A stretch of 64,000 nt of DNA from Eledone cirrhosa (lineage: Eukaryota), in assembly GCA_964016885.1 (NCBI GenBank), contig OZ024745.1, positions 125,302,001-125,366,000 on the forward strand, read 5' to 3'. The position numbers were made by a program, and so were the translations under genes. The notes under the pieces are model-generated. The model worked only from the letters and a program-made list of their open reading frames with translations. It made no database searches and was not told the DNA's origin. Shown here in pieces: positions 55,446-64,000 of this stretch (position 1 is its first letter; the number at the start of each line of letters is the position of its first letter).

Positions 55446-58089
55446 TAGTGAAATTCCCAATTGATAAGTTCTTGTTAAGGTGTATTTGAAATCTGGTTTA
55501 AATTTTATTTTTTATTTTTTAGACGAATTTCATTTCATTGAGTTACAATTATGAGATGCAACTGGCAAAGATGGGGAAAAGGAGAATGAACATACCAGCT
55601 GAAGAGTCATGGTTGTGTGTCTTATCACCATCATTCTATATCAGGTAAATATATTTGGCTCTCAATCGTTTAATCCAATCAACTGCAAATATATACCATG
55701 TTAAATACTGCTAACTGCTGTAAACAGAGATATTACTGCAAAACAGATTGATATATTGTTGCTATTATTGTTGTTATTATTGTTCAGCCCCAACTTCACC
55801 CCAACCTAGCAGACATATTAAAAGCATTCCAGCAACTCCTATGCCACCTTTTTAGGGTTATCTGAAATGATGTTATCTGATATGTTGTTCCCTTTTTTCT
55901 GAGGACTGTGCTTTGGGTATTACTTGGTTCTTGTATACAATATGTTGAGTGATGACATAGAAGCTCCTCCATCACTTCATGATCTTATTAGCAATTCTGA
56001 GATGAAATCCTCTGTGATCTCAAAAGTATTTGATTAGCATCCTTATCATTATCATCAACATTATTACCATCATGAATATCTGCTCATTGTGCATAATTTC
56101 CTTATTTAACATTTTATTCCTAATTATGAATAACTTAATGGGATAATGCCATTAACATTTTTATGAATTTACACAATAACAGTTTTTTCATAGGCATCTC
56201 ATCTCAATAGATCAGTTATAGTATGCATTTTCAAAAGACATAAATGTAACATTTTCTCCCCATTAAAAACCTAAATTTTACATCTATAGAAGAAAGTATT
56301 TGATTATGCCATTTGATTATACGACTACAATGTTATCATAAATATAAGTTGACTTTTCTTCTTGAGCATTGATATGTATGAAATGGGGAATTTCAATTTA
56401 AAGAAGAAAATAGAAACACAAAAGATAGGTTTAAATGTTCCATGTGACACCAACAATAAGGATTTTGGTAAATATATACATGTAGCCATATGATAATGTT
56501 GGTGGTGTTAATGGCTCAGGGAGTTTGGTTGAAGCAGGAGAGCTCATTTTTTCTCATAAGAAGAATTGGTGAGGTAAAATTCTTTAAGAGGAAGGTCTTG
56601 TTACATGGTCAACTGTTGGCCTCCCATGATAAGAACCTTGCATAGGTCTGCAATTTATTTTGAACCTTGGTCAATGGAGACACTTATATTTTTCTGCCCA
56701 TAATTTTGAATAACTCAGTAAATCTTTCTCACCTAATAGGATAGTAATTTAATGTCATCAAGCTCCCTAAACAAATCAATAGATAATATCAATCTTATTT
56801 TAATTGTTAACATGAAGATAGGGATTAATGGCAAAAATCTTCTCAAGTTTTATTTCTGAAAAAATGCTAATACAAGAGAAAATATCAATTGAGCATTTAA
56901 TGGGGTTAGTGTCAATTGAATTCACAAAATTATTCAAGGTTGGGAGAGGTAGACAATGCTAGAAAGAACTAGTGGTTATGCCTACCAGTCAAAGTAGACT
57001 AGAATGTTTATATTTGTCTGTATATAAAATGGTTGCATCAATTCATATATGTGAACAGTATTTTAACATTCGATGTATTTATGTTTTGTAGCCTTAAAAA
57101 CATAAACAAAAATCAAATAAAGTTAAGAGAAGGCCTACAGAGAATTGAAAATTGAATATCAATTTCTCTAGCTGCTCTTCATTTTAGAAACATAAATCTA
57201 TTGATTTTTTTAAATTACTTTTTCTTGGGCTGAAATCAATTAATTTAAGCTGGAGTAATTATTAAAGTTCTAATAAATTAAAAGGTTTAGATTCATTGTT
57301 TTGTTATTTCCGTGTACTTCTTGAAATTCTATTATAAATTCGATTTTTATCTGATAATTACATGATTAATGATACATCGTTACTTAATTGCTGTTATATA
57401 CTTGTTTGTTTATTTATTAAGGATAATTTGGAAATAAAGTTCATTTGTAATGTTGATTGTCAAGTCATATACAGATGGCACCAAGGATTGGTTTCTACTG
57501 TAAAATAAACTATCTTTAAGCAGCAATTAGAGATAATTAAATATACATGTAATATTCTTCGAGTAATTATATACAATCTATAGAGTCCCAAGACTGTATG
57601 TGTTGACCCGTTAGAATTCAATTTGTTAATTGTGAGATATGACCCTTTACTAATCAAGCAATGGGGTTGATTTATATTACATTAATACCCCATAGATGCA
57701 TCCCAGATGTAAATAGAAGACTAAAACTGTCATTAGTTCAACTAGATAAATGTTAATACGATGTTGATTAGTTTGACCAGGCAGATGTTAATTAGATAAA
57801 CCGAAAACTTGATTGTAAAGCAGTAATAAATAATTTTAGTAAGAGAGAAAACATTTAAAAAAATTAAAAGATGAAAGTACTGGAGATATAATTCAGCTGC
57901 AACCCAGGGAAATGATGGCAAAATCAATGCTATGAAGAACAGCCAGCATCACCCACTGCATCACCCACTTCACTGCACTGTGTTCAAACCTCAGGCAAGA
58001 TGCACACCTTCCAATTTTGCAGAGGAAATTGACAGTTCAGTGACTAAGAAATTTTTGTTGACATCTGGAAGAAAAGGAAAGCTGTCAGC

Positions 58090-58296
58090 CAAGTCCCAGT
58101 ATTTGTATATCTTCTACTCCTCTGTTTTATGGGCAGAATTGCTCTGTTTTGTGGCTGAAGATGTTACCTAGTTATATTAGTATTTTATTGACTTCTAAAC
58201 TCCAACATCAGTTATTTGGAACCCCACCATGTTTTCTAATACATCACTTGTCCTTGATCTTACTACAAACTTTAACCCCTATGGAATTCTTAAAAC
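58090..58296 (+). repeat. Source of a ~207-bp inverted duplication at 62182-62389
   Basis: Near-identical reverse complement with one small indel. Confidence 0.92.
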
Positions 58297-58569
58297 TTCC
58301 ACATTAATTTCTTGGAATTAATGAAAAACAGAAATGGAAAGAAATTAATGTAATTCAAGCTGAAATACTTTAAGATTTCAAGTAAAGAGCAAATTATATA
58401 AATCATTTGGGATATGCAAAAAATTTCAATTTTTCTTGAACATGGAATACATGTTCAAGAAAATTGGAATTAACTTAAAACAATGATGACAACAACGCCC
58501 ATAATGATGATGACGATGATACAATGTTACTTATAATTTTAAGTTCTTATTTGATATAAACTGGATTTA

Positions 58570-58972
58570 TTGTAAAGTGGTCATGTAGGTGTCACAATAG
58601 AAAGTACTCAGCCCACACTGTAAAGTGGCCATGTAGATGTAACAATAGAAAGTACTCAGCCCACACAGTAAAGTGGCCGTGTAGGTGTCATGACAAAAAG
58701 CACCCAGCCCATACTGTATAGTGGTTGTGTAAGTGTCATGACAAAAAACACCCAATCCACATATTAAAGTGGTCGTGTAGGCGCCATGGTATAAAGCACC
58801 CAGTACTCACTGTAAATGAGGTTGGTGTTCAGAAGGGCATCCAGCTGTAGAAACCAAGCCAAAATCAGTTCTGTATGAGCAAGACATGGTCACCTGACCT
58901 AGCATTGCCCACAACAGGACGGCTCGTCTAACCCATGCTAGTGTGGAAAATGGACGTAAAACGGTGATGATA
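58570..58972 (+). mobile_element. SINE C with five ~48-bp tandem units
   Basis: Unit TGTAAAGTGGTCATGTAGGTGTCACAATAGAAAGTACTCAGCCCACAC, followed by the family tail. Confidence 0.8.
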
Positions 58973-60095
58973 TTAAAGAACATGCTGGCCTAAGTTTCAA
59001 AATAACAAATTGCCTTCTCTCTCTTCATGCACACCTATCATTGAAGGAAATTGAGTCATGGCAGTGCGAAGCTTGTGACTTCTATAGCAGCTGACACAGT
59101 GTGAATGAGATGTCTGAAAATATCATGGGGATAGTTAAACTATAAAGTTAATTAAACTGCCACTTTTTTGCAAATGATGGCAATTTTGTTTAAGATGCAC
59201 AATCTTCTTGTCTTATCTTCCTCACTGTCCATGTTTTCATAAGTATGAGATGCTTAAGAGAATATAGATGTTTACTTGTCCTGATATTTCAAACCAATTT
59301 GATTTGCTATGTTCCAAACTCTTTTCTGTATCTACAACACATCTATCCCATCTGGATGTCAGTAACAAGTTATAATGTCTCCCTAAGTTCAACCACATAA
59401 TTTTCCTATTTGCTATGGGTAGATTAAAAAAACAAATTCACATTATCATTGAATTGAAATCAGTATTTGGTCAACAATTATAGAGAGAAATGTCAGGATA
59501 TGAACCATTGAAGCCATCATCCACATTCATTAAACATACTATACCATTGCGTGCATATATATATTTTTCTATAAATGTGGTTATTCACCCATGTTGATAC
59601 TCAGTTTCCAGCTCAATGTAATACTTCAGATGACATTAGAAAGAAATAGTTCATTTTTTAAGGATTGCATCGACTGACAGATTTTCATTAGTTTTGTAGT
59701 GAATCAACTGCTTTTTTCAAATAAATATGCCCTATAAAGTGTATAAAGGTTTAAAGTAGGTTTGACATATCACTGCATGTTGTAAGAAGCAGCTAAAGCA
59801 TTGGCACCAAGATGTGCATCTACACAAAACATTGCTTCAAAAATGACACTGTGATTAAACCTATTATGATGCTCACAAAGCTAACACATACCCTAACAGG
59901 GAAAATGGCTTTAAAATACTTGTTATTATATTACATGTATTAGATAACCTTTCATTTGTTCAAGAAAAAAAACATGTTTCGATGGGGCATTATGCATCTG
60001 TGTGTGTCTGCATATCTGTATGTGTGGCTATATCTTTGTATGTATATCAGGATATATAAATGCATCAGTGTTTGTATTTGTATTCATTATATATG

Positions 60096-61200
60096 TACCA
60101 GTCATGCAGTGGGGTCGATTTAATTGACTTACCCCTCCCCCAAAATTGATGGCCTTGTGCCTCAGACGCTATGCTTTGATGCATAGAGTTACGGCCCTTG
60201 CCATTATGTGTTCATATCCCGTCGAGGTTAACTTTGCCTTTCATCCTTACGGGGTTGATAAAATAAAGCACCAGTAATGCACTGGGTAATTGCTGGCCTT
60301 GTGCCAAAAGTAGAAACAATTATATATTTCTACCATTTTAATTTTATTCAGAATGTACAGAACACCAGAGGAATCTAGAACTTTGCTACTTTGACTCCTT
60401 TGTTACACAGTCCATTTACTTCTAACATGTTTGTGACTTGTTTTTATATGTCTTCAGAATTGAATTCAGATGATTTCTTGTGGGAATTTTAAGTAAACCT
60501 ATGTAATACTTTGTGCAAAATTGTCAGATATAGGAACTTGATTCCAATCCATACTGCTGCAAGCTTCTCTCCACCAATTAACGTTTTTTTTTTATTTTGA
60601 CGATTTTTTTCGAATTTTCATCAGGTATAAAGCTTTAGGTCAACCATGTAACATAGTTGACTGATCATCTACTTTGTGTTTTATTACCAAAATTGTTATC
60701 AATCATATTTGGGAGGTAATGGAACTTGTTATGAATCATGATTAAATAGATGATAATCAGTTAAATTGGAATATGCTATTCAATATTCTATAGTAGCCTG
60801 TCAATTTAATGGCAAAATCGGTAGGTCATATGGACACTATGCTTCACAACATAGAGTTACGGCCCTCTACGCTCTGAGTTCAAATCTCACATCCTTACGC
60901 GGTCAATAAAATAAAGTACCAGTGATACACTGGGGTCGATTTAATCGACTCGCCCGTCCCCTAAATTGGTTGGCCTTGTGCCTAAATCAGAAATCATTAT
61001 TACTATAGTACGGGCGGTGAATTGGCAGTACGGTAGAGGGTTGGACGCCATGCTTTGCAGCATAGTTAGGTCCCTTTACGGTCTGAGTTCAAATCCCGTC
61101 GAGGTTAACTTTGCCTTTCATCCTTACGGGGTCGATAAAATAAAGTACCAGTAATGCACTGGGTATTGCTGGCCTTGTGCCAAAAGTAGAAACAATGATT
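60096..61200 (+). mobile_element. Two SINE A dimers (60096-60322, 60805-61200)
   Basis: Long subfamily followed by short subfamily in each. Confidence 0.85.
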
Positions 61201-61204
61201 ACTA

Positions 61205-62180
61205 TCATTGTTCCGTCACTCAGCTTCTAACACTGGAGATGTATTACAGTGTAAGCAATGCACTACCAGTAAACTGAGGTACCCCCCCCCTTATTTTTCG
61301 AGTACTCTCCAGAGTATTCCAGCTGATCCAAACAATGCTGTTTTTTGTAAGTGTTCCATCCATATTGCAATCCCTATTTGTTTAATGTACTTCTCAAGAT
61401 CTTTACTCCCTGTTCGCAAGACTACAACTGCTATTGGTATTACCACCACATATTTCAGTGACCACAAATGCTTTATCTCCCAAGCTAACCTGTCATCATC
61501 ATTTTACGTCTGCTTTTTCCTGCTTGCAAGGGTGGGACGGGAACTGATTCTGGCTTGATTTCTACAGCTGGATGCCCTTCCTAACACCAACCTCATTTAC
61601 AGTGAGTGCTGGGTGCTTTTTTTCCCATGGTACCTCCGCGACCACTTTGCAGTGGAATGATAGGGACCCGAGTCCCTATCATCTCATTTCTACAGCTGAG
61701 TAAACTGGAGCAATGTGAAATAAAGTGTCTTGCTTAAGGAAATAACACATCACCCGGTCTGAGAATTGAACTCACAACCTTTCGATTGCAAGGCCAATGC
61801 TCTAACCACTAAGCCATGTGCCCCCATATCTATAAATATTTTTTCCTTCTTTATCACATACCTTGTTATCAGCAGAACAGGCTATATCTATGATTCAACA
61901 CTGCTTGCTTTCTTTTTCAATTAATACAATATCTGGTCTTCTATGTTCAATCACAAAGTCCCACAGGATCTTTGCATCATCATTTTCGGTGACACCCTCA
62001 GGTTTATTTTCGTATCACTTTTCTACTCTGTCAAATGCAAATTTGCCCCAAAGTGCCAAATAGACTATTCTTGCTATGTTGTTGTCACATCTCTTATATA
62101 CTTTCTGAACTGGTGGTGTGCATTCACTGCCATAGATTTTCTCCATTCATGCCACAAATTCTACTCTTATAACTTTCTGC
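61205..62180 (-). pseudogene. R4/Dong-like RLE retrotransposon 3' part, split by SINE C (61495-61655) and SINE B (61660-61825)
   Basis: YENKPEGVTENDDAKILWDFVIEHRRPDIVLIEK..IIDIAC; WEIKHLWSL..VIPI..LQKTALFGSAGILWRVL*. Confidence 0.85.
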
Positions 62181-62394
62181 TGTTTTAAGAATTCCATAGG
62201 GGTTAAAGTTTGTAGTAAGATCAAGGACAAGTGATGTATTAGAAAACATGGTGGGGTTCCAAATAACTGATGTTGGAGTTTAGAAGTCAATAAAATACTA
62301 ATATAACTAGGTAACATCTTCAGCCACAAAACAGAGCAATTCTGCCCATAAAACAGAGGAATTAGAAGATATACAAATACTGGGACTTGCATCG

Positions 62395-62650
62395 CTGGGA
62401 CTCACTGGCATCGATTAAATTGACTTCCCCTCCCAAAAAAATTGCTGGCCTTGTGTCTAAATCAGAACCATTATTATTATTATTATTATAAGGCAGTGGA
62501 TTGGCAGTATCGGTAGAGGGTCGGATGCCATGCTTTGACGCATTGAGTTCAAATCCTGCTGAGGTTAACTTTGCCTTTCATCCTTACGGGATCGATAAAA
62601 TAAAGTACCAGTAATGTACTGTTTAATTGCTGGCCTTGTGCCAAAATTAA

Positions 62651-62680
<30 letters not shown>
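62395..62680 (+). mobile_element. SINE A dimer with long (ATT)n tail
   Basis: 3' part of a long copy followed by a short copy. Confidence 0.85.
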
Positions 62681-62693
<13 letters not shown>

Positions 62694-62871
62694 TGTGATG
62701 AAGAGGATGACGATGGAAACAATGACAATATGGACAGTGATTATGATGATGATGATGAAAGAAATATTTGCGTTTGCTTTGTTTTCTATTTTTTCTTTAT
62801 TATATTTTTCTAGACATTCTCTACAACTGACAAAATCAATTGTTCTTATATTATTTTTTAATATCCGTAAG

Positions 62872-62900
62872 TATGTATATATATATATATATCTATAAAT

Positions 62901-62933
<33 letters not shown>

Positions 62934-63131
62934 CATATATGTGTGTGTGTTTGTGTGTGTGTGTGTGTATATATATATACACACACACATATGTATATAT
63001 ATATATACATATGTGTGTGTATGTATATATATATACATATATATATAAATATGTATCTATATATATATATATATATACCTATATATACAAATATGTATGT
63101 ATATATATATATATACATATATATATATACG

Positions 63132-63180
<49 letters not shown>

Positions 63181-63199
63181 GTATGTATATATATATATG

Positions 63200-63242
<43 letters not shown>

Positions 63243-63646
63243 ATATATATATACATATATATGTATATATATATACATATATATGTATGTATATATATAT
63301 ATACATATATATGTATGTATATATATATATACATATATATGTATGTATATATATATATACATATATATATATGTATGTATATATATATACATATATATGT
63401 ATATATATACATATATATGTATGTATATATATATATATACATATATATATGTATGTATATATATATACATATATATGTATGTATATATATATATACATAT
63501 ATATGTATGTATATATATATATATACATATATATGTATGTATATATATATACATATACATGTATGTATGTATATATATACATATATATATATATGTATGT
63601 ATATATATACATATATATATATGTATGTATATATATATATATATAT
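62872..63646. repeat. Compound (TA)n/(TATG)/(CATA) microsatellite with higher-order periodicity
   Basis: Direct reading. Confidence 0.95.
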
Positions 63647-64000
63647 GTAAAATTTCAGGTTATCAATAATGTAGTGATAATATATCGTTACGTTAGAGAT
63701 GAACAGCTTACGTGTAGGTTTGCTCAACGAGTATAAATTATATTCCGGAGAAAATGTAGAAAAGATGAATATAAAATGAAACTGCTTTTTTTAAAAAGGA
63801 ATTTATTAGGTATTAACATATGTTTCTGTAACAGACGGAATACCTATGTATTGCTGCTTGCGTAATTATATAATGTTAGCAAGTATTCGATAGCAAATGT
63901 ATAATCAGTTGTCACTTCTTCAGAGATTTTGGATAAATTGGATAAAATCATAAAAATTGAAGTATTTATATTAGTAATAGAGGAAGAAGAGAGGGGATAG

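Noticed and set aside
58571-58815. CRISPR-like periodic array
   Set aside because: Whole units are similar with no unique spacers, the context is eukaryotic, and the array is part of a SINE
60595-60628. Minus-strand CUGAUGA..GAAA..GUC
   Set aside because: No stem I or stem III pairing; likely chance in AT-rich DNA

Overview
AT-rich animal genomic DNA, most likely octopus/cephalopod (inferred from the SINE families and the density of (TA)n, (GT)n and (CATA)n microsatellites). I recognise no host protein-coding gene; almost all ORFs in the track are microsatellite artefacts. The window holds about 30 copies of one tRNA-derived SINE, two further SINE families, and decayed non-LTR retrotransposons (RTE, RTE-X, R4/Dong-like RLE, CRE-like RLE, CR1/Jockey-like). 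It also holds several Penelope-like element (PLE) RT and GIY-YIG fragments and two probable MITEs. The main unexplained signal is about 18 type I hammerhead ribozyme (HHR) motifs, folded by hand, from roughly 8 sequence families, mostly within 1.3-22.3 kb. They sit in short PLE-derived modules bounded by (TA)n. Two modules are fold-back palindromes with an HHR on each strand, most families have a non-Watson-Crick first pair in stem II, and several share an RCTC-N(10-30)-GAGYRCT hairpin near the (TA)n junction. A PLE at 3.1-4.5 kb joins ORF1 to its RT frame through a U_UUU_UUA -1 slippery site. No searches were run; repeat boundaries are approximate.
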